DNA from: Candidatus Bathyarchaeota archaeon
GTDB lineage: Archaea; Thermoproteota; Bathyarchaeia; Bathyarchaeales; Bathycorpusculaceae
Direction of reading: 5' to 3'
NCBI GenBank assembly: GCA_963828195.1
Contig: CAWHDT010000005.1
Location: 832,001-896,000 of the forward strand
DNA: 64,000 bases
In this document: positions 48,294-58,598 of the stretch, piece by piece
Layout: every line of letters starts with the position of its first letter
Numbering within the stretch: the stretch's first letter is position 1
Translations under genes and position numbers: made by a program
The notes under the pieces: model-generated
Told to the model about the DNA's origin: nothing
What the model saw: only the letters and a program-made list of their open reading frames with translations
The model's database searches: none

Positions 48294-49130
48294 ATGAAAA
48301 TCCGACGTAAATTATTATTATCGTACCTTTTGATTGTTGCACTTTTCGTTGCGGCAGGAGCCACCATAACCTACAACACACTCCAGATGGCGGAGCTTCA
48401 AAACACAGCAAAGACACAACTCGAAATCAACAATAACGCTTACGCTTACCAGCAGGGGCTCGATCAGATCCAATTCGGCACTTTGATGTACGCTTCAGAC
48501 AACACAACCGAGGGACAAAGCATAATCGTGGCCAGCGCAACAATTATGCAGCCAGCTCAAACCTACCTGGTCAGCGCGTTGGCAAGCAACCCGGCGCTCC
48601 TCGGCGAATTTAATCAAGTAGTAAGTTTGGAGCAGAACACGATTAATGGCGCCATCAGCCAAGTTTACAGCCTGTACGTCAGCAATGAAAACAGCACACA
48701 GAAATACGTTGACATGTGGAGTCAACTCACCGTGCTTATGAACGCCGTCACTTCAGCAGACACTAAACTCTCCGACGTCCGAAGCACCACCTTAGCCAAC
48801 GTTGAATCTGCAAATACAGACGCACAGAATTATTCTAACCTAAGCTTGATAGTTGCAGTAGTGTTCATAGCTTTAATCTCAGTGGTCTCAGTTATCTTAG
48901 CTGTAGTTATGGGTAACCGCATCACTAATCCACTTAAGAAATTGGCTGACATTGCGCATAAAGTAAGCGTCGGTGACCTCAACCAAAGATTCTACCTCAA
49001 ACAAAAGATAGACATCAAAACAGGCGACGAAATCGACGAACTGGTGGATGCCTTCAGAAGAATGGTTAACGCTTTCCGAATGACCGAAGCACTCAGCAAC
49101 GAAGCAGAAGCGCCAAAGGAGCCGACGTAG
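48294..49130 (+). CDS. Membrane sensor: TM-extracellular helical domain-TM-HAMP, no output domain
   Basis: MKIRRKLLLSYL, ITNPLKKL...VSVGDL...DEIDELVDAFRRM, then stop. Confidence 0.88.
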   Translation: MKIRRKLLLSYLLIVALFVAAGATITYNTLQMAELQNTAKTQLEINNNAYAYQQGLDQIQFGTLMYASDNTTEGQSIIVASATIMQPAQTYLVSALASNPALLGEFNQVVSLEQNTINGAISQVYSLYVSNENSTQKYVDMWSQLTVLMNAVTSADTKLSDVRSTTLANVESANTDAQNYSNLSLIVAVVFIALISVVSVILAVVMGNRITNPLKKLADIAHKVSVGDLNQRFYLKQKIDIKTGDEIDELVDAFRRMVNAFRMTEALSNEAEAPKEPT

Positions 49131-49132
49131 CA

Positions 49133-49366
49133 ATGACTGTAGAGCAAGATTTTCTGGCAGTGCTCGCCGAAGATTTGGGGCCAGCTGCTAAGACATTTTT
49201 GCTCCGTCAATGCAGAAACCACCTAAACAAAGAACCTTGCATGCTTCAGGAATCTGACATCGACGATTTAGCAAAATGGTGCCATATCGGAGTTCAAGCG
49301 GCGCTTGGCGCTCAAGTCGCGGAGAACGTCAAGAAAGGCTTGCTGACGCTAAAGCAGAAACCTTGA
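49133..49366 (+). CDS. Small helical hypothetical protein
   Basis: LAEDLGPAAKTFL; 2 nt after the HAMP gene stop; T-tract follows. Confidence 0.8.
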   Translation: MTVEQDFLAVLAEDLGPAAKTFLLRQCRNHLNKEPCMLQESDIDDLAKWCHIGVQAALGAQVAENVKKGLLTLKQKP

Positions 49367-49669
49367 AAACCCACATTTTTTTCTTTTAATTTCATTTTTA
49401 CCCGATTAAGTTGCCCTTTAATAATCGAAGAAATTATGAAACAGCCTTCAGGTTGATGCCATCTTTGATTTTAAGCTTTGATTTTGAGTCATGGCGTGTC
49501 TTGCCCGCGATTAATATTTGTGTTGATGTAAAAATAACGCTCTGTGTTTTACCTATTTAACTGGTTGGCGACGAGTTTTATTTTCTGGTGTTAAGTGTCC
49601 AGAAGCGGAAAAAGGTGTTCTAGGACGAAATTAATATTTATCCGTGGCAATTTGTAATTGGGGTTCGGC

Positions 49670-51007
49670 ATGTACAAAAAGGCATTATTAGTGTTTCCCG
49701 CAGTTATCGTGCTGCTAAGTTTTTACTGGATTAGTAGTGCCTTAGCCTCCGCGGATTCTTTTTCGACCAATATTGAAGCTTTAGTTGTTGGCATATCGGT
49801 GCTTGTTATCTTAACTGTGGGATTAGCTGTTTACCTCTTAAAGAGAAAGCCTTTGAGCAAGGTTTTTTCAGCGTTTCTGATAGCGGTGCTATTGGTTTCG
49901 GCTTTATCTGGCGTGGCGCTCGCGGTTTTAGGAGCGGAAAGCCCCGTCGCACTGTCGTCTCCCGTTGAGTTGCAGACTAATTTGAGCGGCGAAATGGGGT
50001 ACTGTGTCTTCCAGCTTGCAGATGGAAGTTTGGTTTTGAACTCATCCAACCAAACCTGCACGTTCCTCATAAAAATAAGCCCTTCAAACCATGTTTTGTG
50101 GACAAGGACCATCAGTATCGGACAAGAAATCACGAATCTTACTCGTCTTTTGCCTACAAGCGACGGGGGCTTCGCTTTAGCGGGGCTCGTGGGCAACATG
50201 TACGTTTTGGTGAAAACCGATTCGCAGGGCAACATCAAATGGACCAAAATGTACAGTTCAGGAGCACCCATAAACTATTTCATGTCTATCATTCAAACTG
50301 CTGACGGAGGCTTCGCAATTGCTGGTTTCGGCGAGAGTGAGGTGGAGGGTTTGGGGTCGATTTGGTTTGCTAAAACGGATTCCTCGGGGAACCTGCAGTG
50401 GAACGAAACGCTTTCTGGGCAGGTGGCTGCTTGCCCCTCAACTATCATTCAAACCCCTGATGGCGGGTACATTATGTCTGATGACAGCTATTCTTTTGTT
50501 CCAAACAGGGGTTTCTTCACGCTTACCAAACTCAACGCGTCTGGATATGTGCTTTGGAGCAAAAATTACGGTGGCGCAGGTTACTATCTTGAACCCGAAT
50601 GCAACTACGCCATTGCCACGAAAGACGGCGGCTACTTGCTGTTGGGTTACCTTTGGGATCAGTGCGCGTGGGCAGTCAAAACCGATGCAGAGGGCAATAT
50701 GCAGTGGAATCAAACCTACGGCGCGAAAGACAGCTCAATAACTTGTGCCCTTGAAACCCAAAGCGGAGGATATGTGCTCTTGACTATTTCAAACCTTACG
50801 CAGGTCGGGTTAATGACAATTGATAAAAGCGGGAATGAAATTTGGAACATGACCCTTCCTGGAGTCACGTTGCCATGGGGATTGGAGGCAAACTATAATT
50901 CGATTATACCCGCAAAAGACGGCGGCTACATCGTGGTAGGCTCAAAAAACGGTTCTGTATGGCTTGCAAAACTCAACTATCAGAATAACTGGTCAATTAA
51001 GCTTTAA
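49670..51007 (+). CDS. Membrane-anchored beta-propeller protein
   Basis: Repeated TxDGG(F/Y)...(L/A)(V/K)KTDxxGNxxW blades; three N-terminal hydrophobic segments. Confidence 0.85.
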   Translation: MYKKALLVFPAVIVLLSFYWISSALASADSFSTNIEALVVGISVLVILTVGLAVYLLKRKPLSKVFSAFLIAVLLVSALSGVALAVLGAESPVALSSPVELQTNLSGEMGYCVFQLADGSLVLNSSNQTCTFLIKISPSNHVLWTRTISIGQEITNLTRLLPTSDGGFALAGLVGNMYVLVKTDSQGNIKWTKMYSSGAPINYFMSIIQTADGGFAIAGFGESEVEGLGSIWFAKTDSSGNLQWNETLSGQVAACPSTIIQTPDGGYIMSDDSYSFVPNRGFFTLTKLNASGYVLWSKNYGGAGYYLEPECNYAIATKDGGYLLLGYLWDQCAWAVKTDAEGNMQWNQTYGAKDSSITCALETQSGGYVLLTISNLTQVGLMTIDKSGNEIWNMTLPGVTLPWGLEANYNSIIPAKDGGYIVVGSKNGSVWLAKLNYQNNWSIKL

Positions 51008-51097
51008 CTGCTATCGAGTAAGATTCAGCGTTGTCTTTTACAGCTATTCCAATTTGATTGTGAGATGACAAGCCAAAGTTCTCATTTAATGCCCGAT

Positions 51098-51529
51098 TTA
51101 CTCTGGTTGAGGTGCCAAAGCGCTCAGAATCTGCTTGTGGTCGATTCTTTTTTCCATGAATATGCTGATTTTGTTTTGTCCCAAGCGGAGGCAGAGCATC
51201 TTGAGGTTTTTACCTTCAACAAGTATGTTTTCTGTGCCGCCTAACCTAAATGTTGCAGCCAGCGTCTCTGCAGCGTCAAACGTCTGCGAAGACAGCATAG
51301 CGTACTCGATTATTTTTGAAGGGTCATTTAAGTCAACGGTTGCTTGTAAGTCACTTCTGAGGATGAAGCCGGCGACGTCGTTGCATTTTCTGATTTCTTG
51401 AACTGCTTCAAGCAGGCTTTTGTAGTCGGAATTTTCATGTTCAACCTGTGGTTTTCCGTCTTCTTGCGCATCGATAACTATCGCGTCTTGAACTGTTATT
51501 GTTTCATTCATGGCTCTTTTCTTAGACAT
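51098..51529 (-). CDS. Roadblock/LC7-like domain protein
   Basis: DVAGFILR...LAATFRLG..ENILVEG...ISIFME. Confidence 0.75.
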   Translation of the reverse strand: MSKKRAMNETITVQDAIVIDAQEDGKPQVEHENSDYKSLLEAVQEIRKCNDVAGFILRSDLQATVDLNDPSKIIEYAMLSSQTFDAAETLAATFRLGGTENILVEGKNLKMLCLRLGQNKISIFMEKRIDHKQILSALAPQPE

Positions 51530-51532
51530 AGC

Positions 51533-52735
51533 TTAATCCTCTTGATTATTCAATACTGGCTTAATCAAAACCAGGGCGCCTTTCTTGGTTCGCAGCGCTT
51601 GTTGAAGTTTCTCTGGAATTTGGGTTACTCCTTTGCCTTCAAGCTGGGCGTCTTTAATGGGTTGTAGTTTGCAGCGAATTTTCTTGCCAAAAGTTGTCTC
51701 TTCGACTGTTACTTCTTTGATTTCTTTTTCGCCGAACATTTCTTTCCAGTGGGCTATGACGAGGTTGTCAACCCGCACGTAATCGGGATTTCCCAGTAAT
51801 CCGCCTAAACCCCCGAGGTTTTCTACCATAACCTGGATTACAGGCGCTTGCCGCGTGTATTCTTGAAACCCTTTGAATACGTCGGTTTTGGGTGCCACTT
51901 TGTGTTCGTTCTTGTCTTTTGTTTTTTCGACTGGCCTGTCAGGTTTGTTTACTTTTTCAGTTGGGGCTGCTTCTGGCTCTTCTGGAGCTTCAAGAACTGG
52001 CTTGATGAGGACCTTAGCGCCTTTCTTGACGTTTAGTTCAGTTTGAATTTTCTCTGAAAGCTTAACTATGCCGCTATTTTCGTATTTTGTGCCTTTGAAG
52101 GGTTGAAACTTGCACTGTGAAGTTTTTCCCGTAGAAGGAGCTTCTAAAGTGATTTGTTTGATAGGTATATCACCGTACATTTCTGCCCACTGAACAATCA
52201 ATGCACTATCGATGTATGCGGTTTTAGGATCAATCATGAATCCTCCGATAAGTGTGAGGTTTTCAACCGTGTATTCGCTTAATTGAGCCGCTGGAGCCAT
52301 CGGTTCTGGTATGTAGGTTTCGTGTTCAGACTGCAAGACAGGTGCTTGGGGGCTGTTCCTCATTGTGGGGTAGATGTTCTGCAGTATCTTTAGGGTTGTT
52401 GGAATCATGACTCGTATTAGGTTGGAGATTGTTTTTTCGTCAGCGTCGTTTGCAGCAACAGTCGTTATGTAAAGGTCGTCGAATTGTATGATGTTAATTT
52501 TGGATTCTGTGCCGCTGAAAGTTACTGATTCGATTCCGCCCAGCGCGTTGGCTTTTTCGGCGAGCGCGTGGAAGGTTTCTTGAGCAAGGTTCATTGTAAT
52601 TTCTGTGGTGTTTTCGTCTTTGGCGACGATTTCGCCGTTTTCTCTAAAAATAAGAATATTGGAGATGTCTGGACAGACGTTTTTGATTTCGTTAAGCGTG
52701 TTTTTTAAGGCGAGGTTGCAGGCTTCATTGCTCAT
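51533..52735 (-). CDS. Roadblock-like N-domain plus duplicated C-terminal beta domain
   Basis: ISNILIFRENGEIVA (roadblock-like); two VENL...GK...CKxQP...EKxQxxLxxKKGAxVLIKPVL repeats. Confidence 0.75.
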   Translation of the reverse strand: MSNEACNLALKNTLNEIKNVCPDISNILIFRENGEIVAKDENTTEITMNLAQETFHALAEKANALGGIESVTFSGTESKINIIQFDDLYITTVAANDADEKTISNLIRVMIPTTLKILQNIYPTMRNSPQAPVLQSEHETYIPEPMAPAAQLSEYTVENLTLIGGFMIDPKTAYIDSALIVQWAEMYGDIPIKQITLEAPSTGKTSQCKFQPFKGTKYENSGIVKLSEKIQTELNVKKGAKVLIKPVLEAPEEPEAAPTEKVNKPDRPVEKTKDKNEHKVAPKTDVFKGFQEYTRQAPVIQVMVENLGGLGGLLGNPDYVRVDNLVIAHWKEMFGEKEIKEVTVEETTFGKKIRCKLQPIKDAQLEGKGVTQIPEKLQQALRTKKGALVLIKPVLNNQED

Positions 52736-52760
52736 TTCCAGAGTGCTCCTTTAGTGGCAG

Positions 52761-53189
52761 TTACGATATTTTGAATAAGATACGCTGTGGGATGCCTTCG
52801 TCTTCCAGCACTAGGTACTTGAGGCCTTCGGTGTCGCCAAGTTGATCCAGCCACTTTAATGCGTCGCGCACCTTCTGCAAAACCAACAAGCGTTCTTGAT
52901 GGCTGCGCACGACTGATTCTATGGCTGTTAACTCGTGGAACGCGTTAGCGTCTAAAATGATGTTTAGTGAGCCAACGGTTATTTCGCCTGGCGTATCTGT
53001 GGAGCTAGTTTTTTTGCCTGCCAGCTTCATTATGACTTCACGGACTTTTTTCGATTTCTCCGCCAAAGTGCGAATCTCATCCAAACGACGCAGATACTCA
53101 CCCAGTAAACTTTTGGTTTCAGACAGATCCTTGTCTAAGGCGTCAGCTATTGACTGCGCCGAATTATATTCTTTAAGTTGTGTTACCAT
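52761..53189 (-). CDS. Hypothetical coiled-coil protein
   Basis: Helix-beta-helix pattern; RBS ggagg. Confidence 0.75.
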   Translation of the reverse strand: MVTQLKEYNSAQSIADALDKDLSETKSLLGEYLRRLDEIRTLAEKSKKVREVIMKLAGKKTSSTDTPGEITVGSLNIILDANAFHELTAIESVVRSHQERLLVLQKVRDALKWLDQLGDTEGLKYLVLEDEGIPQRILFKIS

Positions 53190-53286
53190 GATTTTTTACC
53201 TCCGAAAGAGAAAATAAAAGAAAGAAAGGATTGTTGGTTCATTTTTGCCTTACCCCCGAATTTCAAAGTTTAATGTTTGTAGAAAT

Positions 53287-53766
53287 TTAAGCGGTTGGCG
53301 TGCCAGTGTATGTGTAAGAATATGTTATCGTGTTGCCTTTTGCAGTGATCAGATCTATTGTATATTGAGCAGTGCTTGTGAATGACAGGCTAGCACTTGT
53401 AAATGAGATTGTTAAGGTTCCAGACTGTCCTTTGGGAATATTCCATGGTGCTGTTGCAGTTCCATTACTTATTGTAGCTGCATTTCCATCGATGGTTGCA
53501 CTTGTTATGGTCACTGTATTAGTCCCAGTGTTCTGAATAGTAACTTCTACTGCGGTGGCATTTACATATGTCGTGCCTGTAACTTGTCCTTGCTCTGCGT
53601 TGTTCATGAATCCAAGGGTTAGTCCTCCCATCCATGCTGCGACGACTACGCTGACTGCGACTGTGACTGCGATGAGTATGATTGAGGCGATGACTGGACT
53701 TAGGGCTTTGGCATTTTTCTTAAATTTTCTAAAGTTTTTTGCGAAGTTCATTTTTTTAAACTCCAT
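53287..53766 (-). CDS. Archaeal type IV pilin (major-pilin-like)
   Basis: KKNAKA/LSPVIASIILIAVTVAVSVVVAAW. Confidence 0.92.
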   Translation of the reverse strand: MEFKKMNFAKNFRKFKKNAKALSPVIASIILIAVTVAVSVVVAAWMGGLTLGFMNNAEQGQVTGTTYVNATAVEVTIQNTGTNTVTITSATIDGNAATISNGTATAPWNIPKGQSGTLTISFTSASLSFTSTAQYTIDLITAKGNTITYSYTYTGTPTA

Positions 53767-53967
53767 TTTGGTTTGCTGAATCTATCTTCGGTTTTTGCCC
53801 TAATAAATATTATGACTTAATAAACCATATTATATGTTTGTCCAACAAAACTACAACAAAGCGCTTACTCAAGAGATTTCAACAAACCAAGTCAGAAGGT
53901 TAACTATACAAAACGGGGGTTAAAGTTAAAGAAGTAGAGGATAAAAAACTGTTGGGAACCTATTTTT

Positions 53968-54300
53968 TTAGGCTTCGAGTTCGTCGAAGAGTGCGAGAAG
54001 AAGTTTTGCTATTTTTTCGCCGAATTCGGTTTTGAGGTAGTATTTTTTGAGTGGATCGATACGTTCGCTTTTGGCTAGGCCCAGTGATTCGATTTCGATC
54101 ATTCGGGCTCTGAAAGTGCCGTCGCTTAGGGTCAGTTCATTTTCTCGCATGAAATCTTTAGCCTCTTTCCATTTGCCTCGGCCTGCATAGAGTAGCAGCA
54201 GGCAGTCGATTGCGTGGTCCTTCTCAAGCATTGCTTTTATGGCGGATAACTTTGGGTCAGTGAGCACATGCTTGATTTTCTCGTCGTTATTCTTTGCCAT
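53968..54300 (-). CDS. Winged-helix DNA-binding protein
   Basis: LSDGTFRARMIEIESLGL...YYLKTEFG. Confidence 0.78.
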   Translation of the reverse strand: MAKNNDEKIKHVLTDPKLSAIKAMLEKDHAIDCLLLLYAGRGKWKEAKDFMRENELTLSDGTFRARMIEIESLGLAKSERIDPLKKYYLKTEFGEKIAKLLLALFDELEA

Positions 54301-54643
54301 TTTTTACACCTTTTTTATTGTTATCAAAATTGGCGTCTGACGCTTTTAAAGCATATTGCGAATTACGAAACATATCTGTTGACGCCTATCTCCCGAAACC
54401 AATTATTACGAATAACTCCTTTATAAATTATACCAAGCAAGCAATAAAAAACTTGTAAAAATAAGCAATATGCCCCAAAAAATATGTTAAAATCAATAAA
54501 GCTATAAATTTTCTAAAATTAAATGGTTAAAGTCAAATAAAATTAAGCCTGCGAGTAGCTGCCGATTGCCATGCAGAAACAAAAGACTTAACAAACCAAA
54601 CTTAACTATAAGCCTAACAACTACAGTAGGAAGAGGCAAAAAA

Positions 54644-55237
54644 GTGGCTGCCAACACCCAGTACGAAGTTCCGACGTGGAACCAAATATACGAAATGCTC
54701 CTATCCCAGGCCCAAAAAATCCAAAGCGGCGGCTACAAACCCGACATCATCGTCGGCATCGCCAGAGGCGGGTTAGTTCCCTCGCGCATCCTCGCCGACC
54801 TACTGGAAACCAGGGATTTCGCAATAATCACAATAGAATACTACGTTGGCATCGGCCAGAAAAGCAAAGACCCCGTTTTGAAACAGTGCCTCCACACGCA
54901 GTTGCCCGACAAAAAAGTGTTGTTGGTGGATGATGTTTCTGACTGCGGCAGAAGCCTGCAGCTTGCGAAAAAGCACCTGCAAGATCAAGGCGCAAAAGAA
55001 ATCAAAATAGCGACCATTTATTGCAAACCCGGAACCATATCCACGCCCGATTATTTTGAAAAAGAAACAAATCACTGGATAGTTTTTCCGTGGGAAGCAA
55101 GAGAAACCATGGCGAAAATCATGCAGACGGCAGAAGGCAAACGCGCCATGGGAAAGGAAATTTCAAATCTTGTAAAAGCTGGGTTACCAAAGCAGTTGGC
55201 TGAAAAACTGCTAAATGACGGCAGTAGGAGCCAATAA
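54644..55237 (+). CDS. Purine phosphoribosyltransferase
   Basis: PDIIVGIARGG, VLLVDDVSDCG, WIVFPWE; GTG start. Confidence 0.9.
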   Translation: MAANTQYEVPTWNQIYEMLLSQAQKIQSGGYKPDIIVGIARGGLVPSRILADLLETRDFAIITIEYYVGIGQKSKDPVLKQCLHTQLPDKKVLLVDDVSDCGRSLQLAKKHLQDQGAKEIKIATIYCKPGTISTPDYFEKETNHWIVFPWEARETMAKIMQTAEGKRAMGKEISNLVKAGLPKQLAEKLLNDGSRSQ

Positions 55238-55803
55238 TGCTTTATCCGCTAAGGGAATATGGCAAATACGCTGAGATAACAGGGTACAGAAAAGTGGAAT
55301 TCGCAAGGGCAGACGAGTTCCTCAAAGCAAACCGAAAAGAACCCTCTGAAAACGTTAACGTTCAATTCTTCGACGCCAGCTTAATCGCCACAAAAGAACA
55401 CCTGTACTTCGCAGCCCTAAACGCACTGCAAGCTTTCCAAAACAAAACAAACCTTTCTAAAAGCCTAGCCATGGAAACAATGCTTTACGCTTCAGCTCAG
55501 CGGCAAATAAAAAACGCCATTCGACGCTTGGGCATCACGCCTGAAACTACAAGCATAGCCGCAGTAATAATCGGCGCTGACACAACTCAACTCGCAGCCA
55601 TGCTTGAAGCAATCACCACATGCGTCGGCGGGGAACCTAACGAGAAAGAACTGGAAATGTCAAGTTTTAAGGAACAAAAAATCATAGAAACCTTTCACAT
55701 CACAGACCAAGAAATAAAATCCGTTATGAAAAACGAAAACCGCTCGGAAGCAGTGATTAACTTGGTTATTGAGCGAGTGGCTCTTCTTGCAACTCAACTG
55801 TGA
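55237..55803 (+). CDS. cgi121: KEOPS subunit Cgi121
   Basis: HLYFAALNA...SKSLAMETMLYASAQRQIKNAI...ERVALL. Confidence 0.92.
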   Translation: MLYPLREYGKYAEITGYRKVEFARADEFLKANRKEPSENVNVQFFDASLIATKEHLYFAALNALQAFQNKTNLSKSLAMETMLYASAQRQIKNAIRRLGITPETTSIAAVIIGADTTQLAAMLEAITTCVGGEPNEKELEMSSFKEQKIIETFHITDQEIKSVMKNENRSEAVINLVIERVALLATQL

Positions 55804-55804
55804 A

Positions 55805-56332
55805 TTAAAGCATCTTCTCTTTGACAACCGCCAAGATGTCGCTGGGTTTAAGCAGAGAAACCCCCGTTAAAGCTCCAAGAACCTCAATCAGCAAGATTTT
55901 GTCAGGATTTTCAAGATCAGCTTTCCGATTCAGGTTTCCCGCCGCCGCCTCAATAATTTCTTGAGAGTGCAGGGTGGTGAAGCGTTTTTCAACTGTAACG
56001 CGGAACGTTTCCTGCTCGCCGATCCCGGCGGCTAACTCTTGGGTTACCCGTTTTATTTCCTCCAAATCCGTCGGCACAACACGTTGAATCGGCAAGATTC
56101 GAAGGGCGTAGCGGAACTCGTAGGGGCGTTCTTTGAGGATGCTGCGGAATTTTTCTATAACCACGCAGGGGTCAAGCGTTGTTTTGCCCACGATTAAGCC
56201 TCTGACTTTGGTCTTGCTTACTTGCGCTTCCGCGTCCCCTAACTTTTCTTTGAGCAGGAAATGCAGTTCGTTGCACATTGGCCGCTCATTCCCACGTGAA
56301 GTGGTGGCTAACAGGTTAAAGTCGCTAATCAT
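55805..56332 (-). CDS. THUMP-domain RNA-binding protein
   Basis: TFRVTVEKR...DLENPDKILLIEVLG. Confidence 0.9.
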   Translation of the reverse strand: MISDFNLLATTSRGNERPMCNELHFLLKEKLGDAEAQVSKTKVRGLIVGKTTLDPCVVIEKFRSILKERPYEFRYALRILPIQRVVPTDLEEIKRVTQELAAGIGEQETFRVTVEKRFTTLHSQEIIEAAAGNLNRKADLENPDKILLIEVLGALTGVSLLKPSDILAVVKEKML

Positions 56333-56396
56333 ACCGAGTTCTCACAGAAGGGAAGATGCAAGCAGGATATTTCTGCCTTATCATAAAATGTGGTCA

Positions 56397-56442
56397 AGAA
56401 GGAAGAAGAAGAACGTTTTTTCAAGGCTTCTTCTTCTTTTGA
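56397..56442. repeat. Short copy of the GAA/TTC hairpin repeat
   Basis: gaagaagaagaacgttttttcaaggcttcttcttcttttga matches 31198-31242. Confidence 0.8.
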
Positions 56443-56647
56443 TAAAAAAATTCCCCTTTTGTTTTGTTAGGAGGGAAAGCAACTGCCCACATTTTTCAAC
56501 GTGAAACAGCGTTTTTTCAGCAGTCTGAAATTGCAGCATGTGCTAAACTATTGATTTTTGTAGGTTGGTGTGTTTTGGGAAAGTTTTAAATCCTTAAGCT
56601 GCAATCCTGACTATGTAAGGTATTTGAGTCTTACTGGATGGACGTAC

Positions 56648-57109
56648 ATGACTCTGAGCCTCGGGTATTTAACTGCTAAACAGAAAATAATGTGGGACCT
56701 AAAAAGCAGAGGACTCCAAGAAGCCAACATCGCAAGAAAACTTGGCGTAACCCGCCAAACAGTCCACGGAGCCCTCGACATAGCCAACCTCAAAATCGGC
56801 GAAGCTCTAGAGGAAACCGCCAAAATCAACAAAATCGAAACCCAAAAAATCGACCCCGACAAGGGCTTCCTGCTCGGCTATAGCAGTCACTTCAAAACCC
56901 AAGCCTTCATCACATTCTCAGCCAAAAACGGTGTCCAAGTCTGGTACAAACACGAAGGCGACTGCGAAAAATGCAGTCAACTTCAAACCTGCCGCGATGC
57001 CCTGCTCTCAGAAGCAAAAGACCGCAACTTCCTTCTGTTGGACGATACGAGCAAGATTTTGCCCTCCAAACTCGCAGAAGCCCTAATCGCGAAAATAACT
57101 GGTGAGTAG
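56648..57109 (+). CDS. HTH transcriptional regulator with C-terminal H/C metal motif
   Basis: LTAKQK...IARKLGVTRQTV (sigma70-r4-like HTH); WYKHEGDCEKC...C. Confidence 0.85.
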   Translation: MTLSLGYLTAKQKIMWDLKSRGLQEANIARKLGVTRQTVHGALDIANLKIGEALEETAKINKIETQKIDPDKGFLLGYSSHFKTQAFITFSAKNGVQVWYKHEGDCEKCSQLQTCRDALLSEAKDRNFLLLDDTSKILPSKLAEALIAKITGE

Positions 57110-57111
57110 TT

Positions 57112-58596
57112 ATGAGTCTACGAAAGAGGTTCAGAGATTTCAGGGATTGGTGCCCCCAACCGCCAGACCGTCTGCCTACAAAACTAAAACGTTATTCCAT
57201 GCCCATCGCTGCGGTGGTTACTGCGACCCTTATTTTGTCTGTGACATTTTTGGCATTTTCATCAAGCTTAATGCCGTCTGCTCCAATCGTTCCTTTAGTT
57301 AATGCGCCTGTTTCGGCAACTCCCACGTTACTCTGGAAATACAATATTAGTGCATTTGAAGGACTCTACGGAGCTTCTTCTCCTGTTGTGGTCAACGGCG
57401 TAGTTTATACAAGCGAGGAGAACAACTACGTTTACGCTTTAAATGCAACCGACGGCACCCAACTCTGGGATTACTTCACGGGTGAGTGGCCTTCTTCTCC
57501 TGCAGTTGCCAATGGTGTAGTTTACGTTAACACGGAATTTTCCATTAACGCTTTGAACGCTACCGACGGTACCCAGCTATGGAGAAACGAGCCACAATAC
57601 GATGTGCCAGTTGGTTTCTCCTCTCCCACCGTTGCCGACGGAATCGTCTATGCTGGAACGACCAACTCTTCAGACAATGGTGATTGCAACGTTTATGCTA
57701 TAAACGCGACTAACGGTAAAACACTTTGGAGTACTCCGTCCTTAGCTGGCTACGCAATCGTTAACCCATCCCCTGCAGTCGCCAATGGGACAGTCTATAT
57801 AGGTGCTGAGGGCGCGTTTGGCTGGGCGATTCCTGCTGGCTATCCAATAGCCCAGATTTGCTATGGCGTTTACGCTTTCAATGCTACGAGTGGAGCCCAA
57901 CTCTGGAATTACAACACAGACTACTCAGGTTGGTCGCCTCCTGTTGTTGCCGGCGGAGTTGTCTACTACGTCTCAGAGGAAAATAACTTATATGCGATCA
58001 ATGCCACGAGCGGCGCAGAAATATGGAATTACACCCCTGTTTACACGGGCTCCGGAAACGGAGTTAGTCTCGAAAACGTTGATTCGTCTCCCGCCGTTGT
58101 TGACGGCGTCGTGTATTTAGGCTCAGATTATGGTAACGTTTACGCTTTCAATTCATCCAGCGGCACTATAATCTGGAACTGCACGATTGGCGACGGAACT
58201 CTGTCAACTCCCACTGTCGCCGATGGAGTTTTGTACGTTGGTTCAACAGATAATAACATTTACACTTTGAACGCCACAAACGGCGTCGAACTGTGGAGCT
58301 ACCCCACCAGCGGCGCAGTTGATTCTCCCGCTGTGGTCAACGGAGTGCTCTACGTAGGCGGCGGCAACAACATTTATGCTTTGAGGGTCACACCTACGAC
58401 GTCTCCTTCGTCTAAGCAGTCCAACCCCCTGCCCATTATAATCGGCGTAGTAGCTGCAGTATTGATTGTTGCCACGGTGGTTCTTTTGACGTCTCAAAAG
58501 GGACTGAAAACTAAAACAGCTAGTTCACCAAATACACAAGACTCTTCATCAATCGTTTCTGGTCAAATTTATAAGGGAAAAATAGCAGGTGAATAG
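57112..58596 (+). CDS. RxWCP-leader membrane protein with PQQ-like beta-propeller
   Basis: MSLRKRFRDFRDWCPQPP, TM, repeated SSP(A/V)VxxGVVY...YALNATxG..LW, C-terminal TM. Confidence 0.88.
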   Translation: MSLRKRFRDFRDWCPQPPDRLPTKLKRYSMPIAAVVTATLILSVTFLAFSSSLMPSAPIVPLVNAPVSATPTLLWKYNISAFEGLYGASSPVVVNGVVYTSEENNYVYALNATDGTQLWDYFTGEWPSSPAVANGVVYVNTEFSINALNATDGTQLWRNEPQYDVPVGFSSPTVADGIVYAGTTNSSDNGDCNVYAINATNGKTLWSTPSLAGYAIVNPSPAVANGTVYIGAEGAFGWAIPAGYPIAQICYGVYAFNATSGAQLWNYNTDYSGWSPPVVAGGVVYYVSEENNLYAINATSGAEIWNYTPVYTGSGNGVSLENVDSSPAVVDGVVYLGSDYGNVYAFNSSSGTIIWNCTIGDGTLSTPTVADGVLYVGSTDNNIYTLNATNGVELWSYPTSGAVDSPAVVNGVLYVGGGNNIYALRVTPTTSPSSKQSNPLPIIIGVVAAVLIVATVVLLTSQKGLKTKTASSPNTQDSSSIVSGQIYKGKIAGE

Positions 58597-58598
58597 CT

